This document shows positions 51,687 to 64,000 of a DNA stretch of 64,000 nucleotides, piece after piece (positions within the stretch are counted from its first letter, which is position 1; each line of letters begins with the position of its first letter). This stretch comes from Eledone cirrhosa (Eukaryota): NCBI GenBank assembly GCA_964016885.1, contig OZ024741.1:164300001-164364000 (forward strand), written 5' to 3'. The translations under genes were made by a program, and so were the position numbers. Under the pieces are notes generated by a model. It was given only the letters and a program-made list of their open reading frames with translations, searched no databases and was not told where the DNA came from.

Positions 51687-53065
51687 TCATCATCATCATC
51701 ATCATCATCATCACTTTACGTCCGCTTTTCCTTGCTTGCAAGGGTGGGACGGGTCCTATTCAGCACAGCATCTCTCCACTTGTCATGGTCCTTCGTTTCA
51801 ATCTGAAATCAGCTCTCGCCACCTCCGCCCATGTTTTTCGTGGTCTTCTTCTACTGGGATTTCTTGGCACTTCTTTACCCAGGGGTCATCCTCTATGTGC
51901 ATCACATGTCCATACCATCACAGTCTTCTCTCCCGCACACTATAACTTATACACAGTTTCTCTCTCAACTCATTTATGCTTGGTCGTTCACGCACATTGA
52001 CATTGCATATCCAATGGAGCTTGCTTGCTTCATTTCTCTCCAGCTGTCACATATCCTCTGAAGTTGCTGCCATGTCTCACTACCATGCAGCATCGCGCAT
52101 CTCACACATGTCATATAACCAGCCTTTCGTACGCAGGGAGAAACCCTTCTTTGTCAACAGAGGAAGCAGCTCCCTAAACTTCTTCCAACCCGTCCTTATT
52201 CTAGATACTATGGCCTCAGAACACCCCCACCCCCCTCCCATGCTAATCTGATCACCTAGGAACCGGAAGCTATCAACCACTTCTATAGAACCCACCTGCA
52301 TTTGAAAAATGTGTCTATCACTATGACTTCTACTGTCAAATTTTCCTGTACATCTACTGCATACATAGTTTTCCCTACCTGTGAGTTTGCCTGCTATCCC
52401 ACTACATCTCTTGTGTACCCCAGATCTGCATTGTGTACATTTTATAGAATTTATGCCAGTTACTTTTCTACATATCGAACATGGCCATTTCTCTGATGGA
52501 ATCAGTTTTGTTCTCTTTTCTACTTATCAACACTTTTGTTTTAGCTATGTTCACTCTCAGTCCTCTTGATTCCAACTGCTGTTTCCATAGCCAGAATTTA
52601 TTCTCTAGCTCCTCTACTGATTCTGTTATAAGAACCAGATTGTCAGCATAGAGAAGTTCCCATGGTCAGCCAGTCTTAAACTCTTCTGTTATGGCTTGGA
52701 GGACTATAATGAATAAGAGCGGGCTGAGGACCGAACCCTGATGTGCTCCTACTTGTATCTGGAATTCCTCACTAAAATCCATTCTTACCCTCACTTTACT
52801 GACAGCACCTCTGTACATAGCTTGCACTGTCCTCACAAGCCATTCCTCTACACCTAGTTTCCTTAGGGATCACCAGATGACAGATCAGGGTACCCTATCA
52901 AAGGCCTTCTCTAGGTCAACAAAAGCTAAGTATAGTGGCTTATTCTTCATTAAGAACCTCTCTTATAGTTGTCTCACTAAGAAGAGGGCATCTGTTGTAC
53001 TTTTTCCAGGCACAAAACCAAACTGCATCTCATCTAATTTGACCCTTTCTCTAATTAGTTGCACT
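51687..53065 (-). mobile_element. Degenerate 5'-truncated RTE LINE (PHD family)
   Basis: Minus strand homologous to 46610-47900 (QFGFVPGKST, VDLEKAFD, WELLYAD, RTGWKKFRELLPLL); (CAT)n tail. Confidence 0.9.
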
Positions 53066-53912
53066 GATTTAATATATATATTAAATTAATTTAAGAATAA
53101 CTTCGCTTAAAAATATTATATTCAACAAAATATAATATTGATAAAATTTGATCAGTAGCGAGTATAATGTTTTATTTTAAATTGGTTAATTGTTAATTAA
53201 TTGTTGTTTTTGTTTTTTTCAGCTTTGGTTTTACTTTGGGTTTAATTTTGTTTTGTTTGTTTTTTATATCTAAAGAACTTCATCATAAACAATGTTTTTA
53301 ACTTTTTCATCTTTTGTGTAATGATAAAGATTATTAGGATCTCCCAATCTTGAAAGTGATATATGTAGTGGTCCATGAGAAAATACTTCATTTTTAAGAA
53401 TGATACCAACTTTTTTTAATGTTTGACCTTAACTGGAAATTGTAATCTTGTAAACCTCACTTGCTCCTTTACAAGTAATTTAATTCTTGGTAACAGTACT
53501 AATTAATATTTGTACTTTCCATTTAGTATTTTTGCTTTAAGTACATTATTTGTAAGGGATTCCACTATTAACCTCATTCTGTTGCATAACTTTGGAATTT
53601 GTAAATTTCTAAAAAGAATAATTGGAGCTCCTTTCTTCAAATTGAATTCATGTGGTGGAAATCCCAATAATTCTAATAAATTTAAGAACTCAACCGGAAT
53701 ATCTACTGTTTCATTTGTATCCACTACTTGATCTATAGAATTGTAGCTTCTTAATCTGTTCTACTTTGTTAAGTAACCACATATTAATAGCATCAACATT
53801 ATCGTTTTAGCAGCTAAAATTATTCTGCCTGACATCCGTTCTGTATTAGTGTAATTAATTGCAATGTCCTCAAAAATAATGTTTCTAAATCAATTTCATT
53901 CTCAACACTTTC

Positions 53913-54266
53913 CCACTGGTAATAATTGTTTCTACTTTTGGCACAAGGCCAACAATTATTCCAGTGTATTACTGGTACTTTATTTTATCGACCCTGTAAG
54001 GATGAAAGGCAAAGTTAACCTCGGTGGGATTTGAACTCAGACCATAAAGGGCCGTAACTCTTTGCTGCAAAGCATGGCTTCTGACCCTCTACTCATACTG
54101 CCAATCCACTGGTAATAATTGTTTCTACTTTTGGTATAAGGCCAGCAATTAACCAGTGCATTACTGGTACTTTATTTCATCGACCCCCGTGAGGATGAAA
54201 GGCAAAGTTAACCTCGGCGGGATTTGAACTCAGAATGGCAAGGGACGTAACTCCACTGGTAATAAT
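53913..54266 (-). mobile_element. Two tandem SINE-B copies inside the Helitron
   Basis: CCACTGGTAATAAT occurs three times (about 53913, 54106, 54253), as expected for shared TSDs. Confidence 0.85.
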
Positions 54267-56436
54267 ATGTGATTGTCATCACTTGGGATCCTTTTTTCTC
54301 CTATTTCTAATAGTTTACTTGCAAAGTCCTGTAAGTCATTATTTTTTAGGATATGCACTCTCATATTAATTCTTAATGACAATTTGTGGAATAATAACCA
54401 TAAATGGGATGCCTTGATAGATGCATCTATTTCATCAGCTTTTGTACCTCCTGGTATTACTGGAAGTATTTGTCACCAGCTAATAAAACAGCAATACTAC
54501 CAAAAGGTAAATTATTCTTTTTAATCTCTTTCAATGTTTTATCAACAGCCTCTAAAATCTTTTTGTGAGACATTGTAACTTAATCCTATACTAATAAATT
54601 ACAATTTTCTAAGGTTATCCAAATTCGACTGTTTTTTCTAATTGATGTTGTGAATTCATCAAGTATTGATGATAAAAATGGTAATTTAAACATTCAATGT
54701 ACTATTTTTCCATTATCTATTAAAGTTGCTGTTATTCCCGAAGAAGCAACGGCTATACTAATAGAACCATTTATTTTATTATTTGCTAGTAAAAGATTGA
54801 TCAAAAATGTTTTTCCAGTTCCACCTGGAGCATCTAAAAGGTATGTTTGTTCATTTCTATTGGTTATTGAATCATTGATTGTATTGTAAATAAGTCTTTG
54901 TTCTTCATTTAACAATGGTTCATTCACATCTACAAAGTTTCTTATTTCTAAGTGTTCGTTTACTCTTTCAATATTCTTTACTTCTAGTTCTTTATAAGTT
55001 GGTTCAGGTTGTCCTATTTCAATCAAAGCCTTTTGTCCTATTTCATATAAAGGAACTTTAAGTTTGTGTAAAAGTTCACTGTATAATATTTCTTCATCAT
55101 TTATTTTTTCTTGTTGATTGTTTGTCAATCGATTTAGAATATCAACTGACATTGGTTGTTTAAATTCTTCCTTTAATACTACAGGATCAGAAGGATTGCA
55201 ATGAATTAGAATTATTGCAAATAAGCATCTCACTTGGTATGGCAGTTTGGTAGAAACAGTTTCTCTAAGTGCTAGTTTTAGATGATTGTCATCTTCTAAC
55301 AACCCCCTGGCCAAACATGCTTCTCTAAATGTATTATAGACAATACCCTCATGTGTTTTTACATGTTTGAAAGATTTTGGACCTCTAACTACGTTCAGCA
55401 ATAATCTGAGACAATAGCATTCTGTTTGATTAGGTGGTACAGTGTAAATTCTAGAACATGTTTGCACAAATCTACCATTCAATCTTCTTTTCCATGTTTT
55501 ATTGGCAGTAAGGGTATAATGAGATGGACTGTCCTTATATAAGAAACTTCTTGCATACTTCTCAGTTTCGTTCAATTTGAAGAACGAAATTAAAGTTGTA
55601 TTTTGGGGGTTTCTAATTCTACTTTCAACATTATTGATGGTGGAGTACACTCTTTGACCATTTTCTAAATGTATATCCAATTGTTGAACAGCTGGGTATC
55701 GCATGTGAATAGTAAATTGAAGGAGTCTCCAAGCAGCCTCATTACTATTGAGATAATGTCCTGTTACACACTTATTGACTTCATTATGTTGGTCATTATT
55801 CCATATTCTTAGAACGGCAGCATCACTACCTTTATTAAAGTACTTAATTATATATACTATAGCTTGAACAGAGGAGCAAAGTTCTACATTGATATGGTTT
55901 TAAATACTTTCAAAAACAATACAATCCTTACAATCCACCTATTGTCAATTGTATATGTTTTTGAGTTTCTTGTTATTGTTGCTGTTCTTCCTATGTAAGG
56001 GATATCATGTGACATCTGTCCTGGTTTCATTAATTTAATATTTTGGGTAATTTTTCCTACATTTTACATCATTCACACATGGACATGCTGGATTTAATAA
56101 ACCACATGAACCATGGACCATTTGTATAGTGACTATATCATAAGGATTAGGATCATTAATTAGATCAGGAATTTCTGCAGAGTTTACTGAACCTGATTGA
56201 TTTGGATGAATTGTTTGGTCTAACCAAATTGATATGATCCTCTTTTCTGCCATTCTACTGTATATATGTAGGCCTTTGTTTTGCCAAATATTCCACCTCC
56301 CTTATCAACCAAGATTTTCATCATTTTATTTCACTTTTGTTTGAAAACTCTTGCAATTATGCTGTGCCTATCTTCGGGTTTTTACCTTTGTATAGGTTCT
56401 CCATGATCTCATTCCATTTAGGATTGCAAGTAAATT

Positions 56437-56774
56437 CATTCATTCATTTTCATTTCACGTCCGCTTTTTCCCTGCTTGCAAGGGTGGGACGGGAACTGAT
56501 TCTGGCTTGATTTCTACAATTGGATGCCCTTCCTAACACCAACCTCATTTACAGTGAGTGCTGGGTGCTTTTTTGCCGTGGCACCTCCACGACCACTTTG
56601 CAGTGGAATGATATGGACCCCAGTCCCTATCATCTCATTTCTACAGCTGAGTAAACTGGAGCAATTTGAAATAAAGTGTCTTGCTCAAGTAAACAACATA
56701 TCACCTGGTCTGAGAATTGAACTCACAACCTTTCGATTGCAAGGCCAATGCTCTAACCACTAAGCCATATGCCT
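56437..56774 (-). mobile_element. Full-length SINE family A inserted into the Helitron Rep motif (DLFIT|FTCNP)
   Basis: Near-identical to 13438-13773; the Helitron frame resumes on both sides. Confidence 0.9.
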
Positions 56775-57236
56775 GTTATAAATAAATCAGGCCTACCATA
56801 TTCTCTCACATAACACATCTTGAGTGTTTCCTGCCAATATCTTGGACTTCCAACAAAAGTAGAAGGTAAAATTACAGCTCTACCTAATTCTTGTGCATTA
56901 TTTAGAGAATCTTTTAAAAGCGAATACTCTTCGACCCTTAGCTTGGATTGGTGCTGTTTAATGTACAATAACCATTCAAACTCAAGTTTGGAATACATAT
57001 CAACTAAATACATTTGGAACAATTATTTACATCTTACAAATTGATTCCAAGTATTTCTTAGTTGTAAATGATATGCATAATATTGCCTGCATGTAACGTT
57101 CTTATTTGGGACGTTTGATTTGTATTTGGGTTGTATAAATGTAAATCCAACGAATAGCTATCATGTCCTCCCCAATAAATCAAAGGATATTGTAATGGCT
57201 CATAGGATCTATGTAATTCATTGATTTTCTTTACAG

Positions 57237-57386
57237 AATGTGGTTGGTGTTAGGAAGGGCATCCAGCCGTAGAAAACCTGCCAGATAGTCTTGTATGAGC
57301 GAGACACGGTCACACGACCAACCTTGCCTCAAGTGGGACAACTCCCGTCTAACCCATGCTAGCGTGGAAGATGGACGTTAAATGAA

Positions 57387-57417
<31 letters not shown>
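57237..57417 (+). mobile_element. Short RTE 3' tail insertion
   Basis: Matches 48215-48380 with (GAT)n tail. Confidence 0.85.
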
Positions 57418-58239
57418 TTATATTTATAAGTAAAAATGATGTTTCTTAGTGGAAATTCAGTTCCAACCATTACTAATCCCACATTGTTAGATACTTGGTC
57501 ATTGTACCTTTGTGCATGCTCACCAGCTGGTACTCTATCTGCACAAATCGACAATTAAAGATTTGGACTGTTAACAAAAGATGCCATAGTTTTAATTTGT
57601 CTGATAAGCTCACTATTTTCCAAAAGCACCTCTTGGATGTTTCTTATAGTGTGTGTGTTTCAGGAAACCTACTATTTCTAATATTAATTTGTTCATTTAA
57701 ATCAAGCATAAAATAAACTCGTGCATATTTAGGAATATTATCAACTGCATTATACAATGAACTTAATTCTATGATAAATTTGACCTTGTATTTTAAAAAC
57801 TGCCATGAATCCCGGCAGAGACATTGATTCATCGACTCCAAAGGATGTCATTTGTTATATTTTTTTATATTCTTTAAGAAGTTTTTGGAATCCAGTGTTT
57901 TCCCCTAGCATTAGTGTATTTAAAGGTTCAGGTAGTCTTTCAATTAAATTCAATTTAACTTTACCATTTGAACAACATAATCCCTTAGGTTCATCTTTAA
58001 ATAGTTTTGCACAACAATGCTTACAAACTACTGACATTGTTCCTAACTTTGATAGATTATCATAATTTTTACTTGGATTATATTCAAATGCTGCATTTGT
58101 AAATGATTTAACAAAACTACGTAGTTCAGCATGCCTAGATCTTTTTACTTGAGTTACAATTTCTTGTACCTCACTAGTCTGAGAACATCCTGCTTCATTG
58201 TGAGAAATTCTATTTTATTTTCCTCTCTTATTTCATATC

Positions 58240-59113
58240 TGTAGCGGTTGTCTCCCTTGTTTTAATTGGGATCTAGACGGGAGGTGGAACCCTTTCTGCA
58301 ACTTCCGGTCGGAGCCCTATAAAACTAACAACTTTGAGCTTCCTCTCTCTCTTTGCCTTTTCGGCACCAGGTCAAGAGTCTTCTCATTTGGCTCTGCCAT
58401 TAATTTGGCCAACAGGCGCCTGGCTAAGGCCAGGCGCCCTCTGCCAGCCGCGTTTGCCTGGCAATCAAAACGGTAACTACTAACTTTGTTTCATTCTAAC
58501 ATCTATCTTTGACATGTCAAGTATTCTATCTACCGTTAATTAAATATTATATACACAAACATTGTCTCGTTTTGTTACATTCATACAACCAGTAATCCCG
58601 CTATATTGGTGACCCTGACGTGATACGAACACGCAGCCGTTCATCGCTATAAGTGGTCACCCCCAAAAAAATAAAAAAATAGCACATCTGGTTTTGTGAG
58701 TAACATTACGAATACACAGCAAATTTAGCGACAAACTATGAAAATACTCAAGGACACGCACACACGCACATGTGGAATTCGCACAGACATACTTTTTCTC
58801 TCACGCATCAATTAACTGTCGCATTTCACCAATATATATATATATGTTTCTCGTTTCTTACAACGAACACTTTCAAAACAAAAAAAAACATTTCACGATA
58901 TATATATATGTTTCTCGTTTCTTACAACGAACACTTTCAAAACAAAAAAAACATTTCACGATATATATATATGTTTCTCGTTTCTTACAACGAACTCTTT
59001 CAAAACACACACAAAAAAAAAAAGAAATTTGATATTCTTTAAAAAACATTTCAATAGGAACATTTATTTTCGATGAACCATTGCCTTTTGTTCTTCGTTT
59101 TCTTCATCGTTCA

Positions 59114-59150
<37 letters not shown>

Positions 59151-60407
59151 CCAAAAGTTCACACCTATAATTATGCTGATTGAAGCCTTTCTTTTTCATC
59201 ATTGTCACTTTCAAAATTGCACTATCATTTTCTCGCGCGTTAGAAATATTTTTTTTTCAACCTTGTATTGGCACGTGTAGGCAGCATAAATTCTCGATTC
59301 ACTGAGATGTCTTTACTCACAGACAGCCGCACGCCATTTATCACCAGGGATTCTTCAGCCTTAAGCTATATTCTTCTATTTGCCGGTTTATAAATTTACA
59401 ATGTAAATTTACCGTTGATAACCGCGCATTTATTAAGAATGCTTATTTCTCTGGTCGCTGGCCTCTTGACCCTTCCAGGTCAACGCATTCTCAACATCGA
59501 CCATCAACTTCGGCTGCTATTTCTAGCACTTTGCGCAACTCATTTTTTTCTAAAAAAAAAAATTTTTTACTGTGAATTTAAACACCGAATACGCTCACTC
59601 AGCGAGACAACAGCAGCAGCAACAGCAATACATCAATACAGCTTCACCAAAGCCAGAGAATTCATTTTTGCAGCACTCTTCCTGTGAGAAAATCCATTCG
59701 CAGGTTGGAAATTTCACGATGTACCACAGAACAGAAACCACCTGCATTCATTCTCTGGAACACACTTTCTTTCCAGCTGTCATGTGATTGCACACCTGTG
59801 AACTATATTTTGAACTTTGAGCTCTTCTATTACTTTTACTTTATTACATTGTATCTTTGGGTGATGAATAGATGGATGTCCAGTCGTTCTCTGGCCAAGA
59901 GCGGTTGGCTACCTTGATATCTATCATTGATTTTTCCAAACATTCTTTTGTCGTAATTTTCATGCCTGTTACAAAATTCTCGCCAACTTGCTACATATTT
60001 TCATTTCGATTTTTATACACTAAAATTCTGGCGGGAGGTTATGTAGCGGTTGTCTCCCTTGTTTTAATTGGGATCTAGACGGGAGGTGGAACCCTTTCTG
60101 CAACTTCCGGTCGGAGCCCTATAAAACTAACAACTTTGAGCTTCCTCTCTCTCTTTGCCTTTTCGGCACCAGGTCAAGAGTCTTCTCATTTGGCTCTGCC
60201 ATTAATTTGGCCAACAGGCGCCTGGCTAAGGCCAGGCGCCCTCTGCCAGCCGCGTTTGCCTGGCAATCAAAACGGTAACTACTAACTTTGTTTCATTCTA
60301 ACATCTATCTTTGACATGTCAAGTATTCTATCTACCGTTAATTAAATATTATATACACAAACATTGTCTCGTTTTGTTACATTCATACAACCAGTAATCC
60401 CGCTATA
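58240..60407 (+). mobile_element. Non-autonomous Ty3/Gypsy-type LTR retrotransposon
   Basis: 366-bp LTRs 58240-58605 and 60042-60407, TSD TATC, PBS TGGTGACCCTGACGTGAT (58607-58624, complementary to the tRNA-Trp 3' end with one mismatch), PPT GGCGGGAGG; no pol. Confidence 0.93.
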
Positions 60408-60655
60408 TATCTTTGTTTTTCTGTCAAATTCCCTCTCAACTCTTGGAGAGCTGATCTGTTTTCGTCTCTAATTTCATTTCTCCTTTGAATTGAGAGCCTT
60501 TCCCGTCTTTGATACTCTCGATTTCTTGCTCTCTGAACTTCTTTCTCTTCTTCATTCATTTCCTTTCTCTTTCAGCGCTTTCTTTCTGAGCTATTTGAAA
60601 ATTTCCTTACATTATTAATATTATTGTTTTTTAAGTTTTCATTATTATGCGCTGT

Positions 60656-60870
60656 ATTATGATATCAATATTAATACAGTGCATAATAATCGTTTCTACT
60701 TTTGGCACAAGGCCAGCAATTATCCTAGTACATTACTGGTACTTTATTTTATCGACCCCGTAAGGATGAAAGGTAAAGTTAACCTCGGCGGGTTAACTTT
60801 GCCTTTCATCCTTACGGGGTCGATAAAATAAAGTACGAGTAATGCACTGTATTAATATTGATATCATAAT
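60656..60870. repeat. Folded-back SINE-B with outer inverted arms
   Basis: Axis GTTAACC-tcggc-GGGTTAAC (~60790); outer 29-bp arms 60656-60684 / 60842-60870. Confidence 0.85.
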
Positions 60871-61324
60871 TTTCTGAAGTCACCCTGTTGTTAAATGAAT
60901 TTGTGTCGTTTGCTACAATGGCGAAAAAATATGGATGATAAAGAAGAGTAAGATGAAATAAGAAAGGTTTGGAAAAGAAAGAATATAGTGGTCCAATTGT
61001 TCTAACAACGAAACACCCTGATCTTGAAATGAACGATTTCTACAGATACGTTCACTCTTAGCAAACGACAATTACTTGTGTGCGTATGTGTAGGTTTGTT
61101 TGAGTATGTGCGCATGTGTGTCAGTGTCATAATATACAGCCAATCATGTAGTTATCAACCCCAAGCAAACATACAGCCCCCTCTCCCCCCCCCCCTCACA
61201 TATCTCACTTTGTCAGTGTTGGTGGGAGCGAGTCGTGGTAGCAATAAGAGTACATACAACAGTGACAGTAGGAGAAGGTATGTGACGTCATAAGATAGAC
61301 AAGACAGAAAGTTTTGAGATAGAT

Positions 61325-64000
61325 ATGTTTCTTTTATTTGCCACCAGGGCATCAAAAGTGGGACAAGTACAATGGGGGGAGTTTACACAAAAAGGCGTCC
61401 TCAATAAGGAGGAGGCAATAACAAAATATAAAAATAAAATAAAATATAACAAAAAATAAAATTTATAACAAAATCCTCAATAGAGAGGAGGCGCCTTGGG
61501 GGGGGGGGGGGGTCGCACACACCCCCGAAAAAAGTGTGCAACCCTTTTCCTCAGGAGCACAGAGAAGGTGTGCTCCCTCGTTCCTTCCTCCTTTCCACCT
61601 ACAGGCTTATGTAAAGAGAAGGCCCATTCACACGGGCCATTTTCGCCACTTTCACCCATCTTTCATAAAAACGACTGGGGTGGAGCACCTCTCTCTCCAT
61701 CCTGATCCTTCTTCCGAAATGATATCGGAAGAAACGGACCAGTTGTTGACCAGAGAGAAAGGTGCCTGACCTCAGTCCTTTCAGACGCGTCCACCATACA
61801 ACTTCTTTCACCATGGCTATTACGCACAGAAACACCGTCTCTCCTTCATCTTTGAAGGGGGGAGGCGGCTTGATCATTACAATAGACTCGGTGGTCAACC
61901 TGATCGGTCCCACCCTTGACAGCAGTTGTTCGACATAGCCCCACAGATCGGCTACGCCCGAGCAGTGTACCAATGCGTGTGCAACGCTTTCCTCGTCGCA
62001 CACGCATCTGGGACAGATCTTTTTGGCGGGGTCCCTACCCGGGCGCCCATGTCTGTAGAGATTTTCTCGAACGGGTAGAGCCCCTCGGTAGCACTGCCAG
62101 GCCAGGGACTTCTGGAAGTTGTCCATAGGTCCCGGGCTGAATGTCCTACCGAACAGGCTGGCCAGTTCGTCCTCCTCCATGTCTAGGGCTTCTCCGAGGG
62201 CGTCGTCGCACCTGCTGCGTACCAGCCCTCTATAGAATGTTGCGGTGGAGTCTCCACTGATAACCGGATCCGCCTGCCAGTGGGCGGTGAGTGCCTGGGC
62301 ACACTCAGTGTGCCAGGAGCCCAGTTTTCTCGTCTTTGCTTGACCCAGGATTGCAGCTCGGTGAGTGAGACGAGTCTGGGAAAGATTCGTCTCACAAACG
62401 AGGCCCACACCGGTTGACCGGTGAGGAATACGTAGAGGTGCCGTAGCCTTAATGCGTGTTTACGCATCATTAGCCGCGGCATCCCCAGCCCTCCTTTCGA
62501 AGGGTGTTGACAGCAGATGGATCTCCTCACCAAGGGAGCCCGCCTCTTCCAAAGGAATTGGAAGAGCGCGCGTTCCATCTTGGCGAAGGATTCCCTTGGG
62601 CAGGGCACTACGGTCAGGCGGTAGTAGATGACGGACGCTATATAGGTGTTCGCCACCTCCGCTCGACCTTTCAGGGATAGTTTGCAACTGGCACACTTCT
62701 GGGTCAGTGCAAACACCCTGTTCGTAACCTCCGCCCAGTTCTTCTTCACCTGGAGGTCCGGTCCGAACCAGACCCCGAGCAACTTCACCGGGCCCTCCGT
62801 CCAGCGTCCGACGACGCCATCGGTCTGCCCCTCCACGTGCCGAGTTGCAAACCGATCGACTTGTCCCGGTTCAGCTTAGCCCCTGTGAACCTTTCGTACT
62901 CCTCCAGTAAGGTGCCGACCGCCTCGATTTCGGAGGCCGTCGACACCATTACTGTCACGTCATCGGCGTAGGCCGACACCGCTTTCCGCAATCCCGGTTC
63001 CAAAGGGATGCCCTGCAACAACTCCAACTTCCGCAGTAGTGGCTCGAGAGTCAACACATACAGAAGGGAGGAGAGAGGGCACCCTTGTCGGATGGACCGC
63101 GCAATTTTGAACGGCTCCGAGAGGTAGCCGTTCACCTTGACCCTAGAGCAGATGCGGCCGCTGTGCATAGCATTGATCCAGCCCCTGAAAACGGGTCCGA
63201 AGCCTGCCGCCGTTAGCACCGCATCCAGGTAACCATGGTCGACCCTATCGAACGCCTTAGATTGATCCAAGTTGATCAGAGCCCCACCAAAGCCGGGTTC
63301 GTTCCCAACACTCTCTATGATGTATCGCATGAGGTGGAGGTTGTCGTGGATGGACCTGGACGGGATAGCACATGTCTGCGCATCTCCCACCAGGTTGCCC
63401 ATGACAAGCGCCAACCTCTTTGCTAGCACCTTCGCCAAAATCTGTAACTCTGTATTTAGCAGAGTTATGGGCCTGAAGTTACTTATTTCGTCCCCCTTGT
63501 TCTCGTCCTTCCTCACTAGCGTGACTACGCCCTTGGTCACAGTACAGGGAATTCTCCCGTTCTGTTGCCAGTTGCAGTAGACCGCCTCGAGGAGATCGGG
63601 GAACAAGTCCGGCATAGCTAGATATAGTTCGTATGGAAGACCATCGAGACCCGGGGATTTGCGTTTGCCGCATTGGCTCAGCACGTCCTCTATCTCAGCG
63701 GCCGAAATCGGCTCCTCGCAGGACTTCGCCTCCCTGTCCGAGAGACGTGGCAGGCCGTCGAGGTATGGACTGAAGTCCACATCCCCAACCGGCTCCCCGC
63801 CCCTTCCGAACAGTCGGGCAAAGTGCCTTTGAAAGGCCTCTCACATCTGCTTAGGCTCAAGAATCGCCCGTCCATCCTGGTCTCGCAAAGACCGGATGGT
63901 GGATTTAGTTCCACTGTTGGCCTCTGTCACGCGGGCCCAGCTAACAGCTTTGGTCCCCTCGTTCCCTAGAGCACGTATTTTACTTCGGACAACGCAGCTT
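61325..64000 (-). mobile_element. L1/Tx1-like LINE ORF2 (RT + C-terminal zinc finger), frameshifted, runs off the window
   Basis: KSPGLDGLP, NFRPITLLN, LDQSKAFDRV, RQGCPLS, AYADDV, CPRC..EESVAHALVHC; AATAAA near 61335. Confidence 0.92.

Larger units (their letters stand above)
53200..60640 (-). mobile_element. Decayed autonomous-type Helitron (Rep-PIF1 helicase) with nested insertions
   Basis: VCKHCCAKLFKDEPKGLCC, ILPSTFVGSPRY, GRPDLFIT/FTCNP, MVHGSCG, IKYFNKGSD, DAPGGTGKT, VASSGITATL, FPPHEFNLKKG..LCN; termini not identified. Confidence 0.92.

Overview
Eukaryotic, AT-rich, microsatellite-dense intergenic/intronic DNA from an invertebrate animal. The repeat landscape suggests a mollusc, probably an octopus/cephalopod (inference, not proven). 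No intact host protein-coding gene is evident. The window is a mosaic of transposable elements: several RTE LINEs (one nearly intact, with a PHD finger inside the RT ORF), CR1-type fragments, an L1/Tx1-like LINE, two Penelope-like element (PLE) families, a large decayed Helitron carrying nested SINEs and a young non-autonomous Ty3/Gypsy-type LTR element (identical-looking LTRs, tRNA-Trp PBS), mariner/Tc1 remnants, MITEs, two tRNA-derived SINE families, a local tandem duplication with micro-exon-like modules, and hexamer satellites. The most striking unannotated signal is about 16 type-I hammerhead ribozyme (HHR) motifs from several unrelated families. Many sit in fold-back palindromes within (TA)n tracts, ranging from a 5.5-kb inverted repeat around a PLE RT-endonuclease ORF down to spacer-less 160-240 bp double-ribozyme hairpins. 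Two orphan histone-type 3' stem-loops are also present. All alignments and folds were done by eye; coordinates of degenerate elements are approximate.
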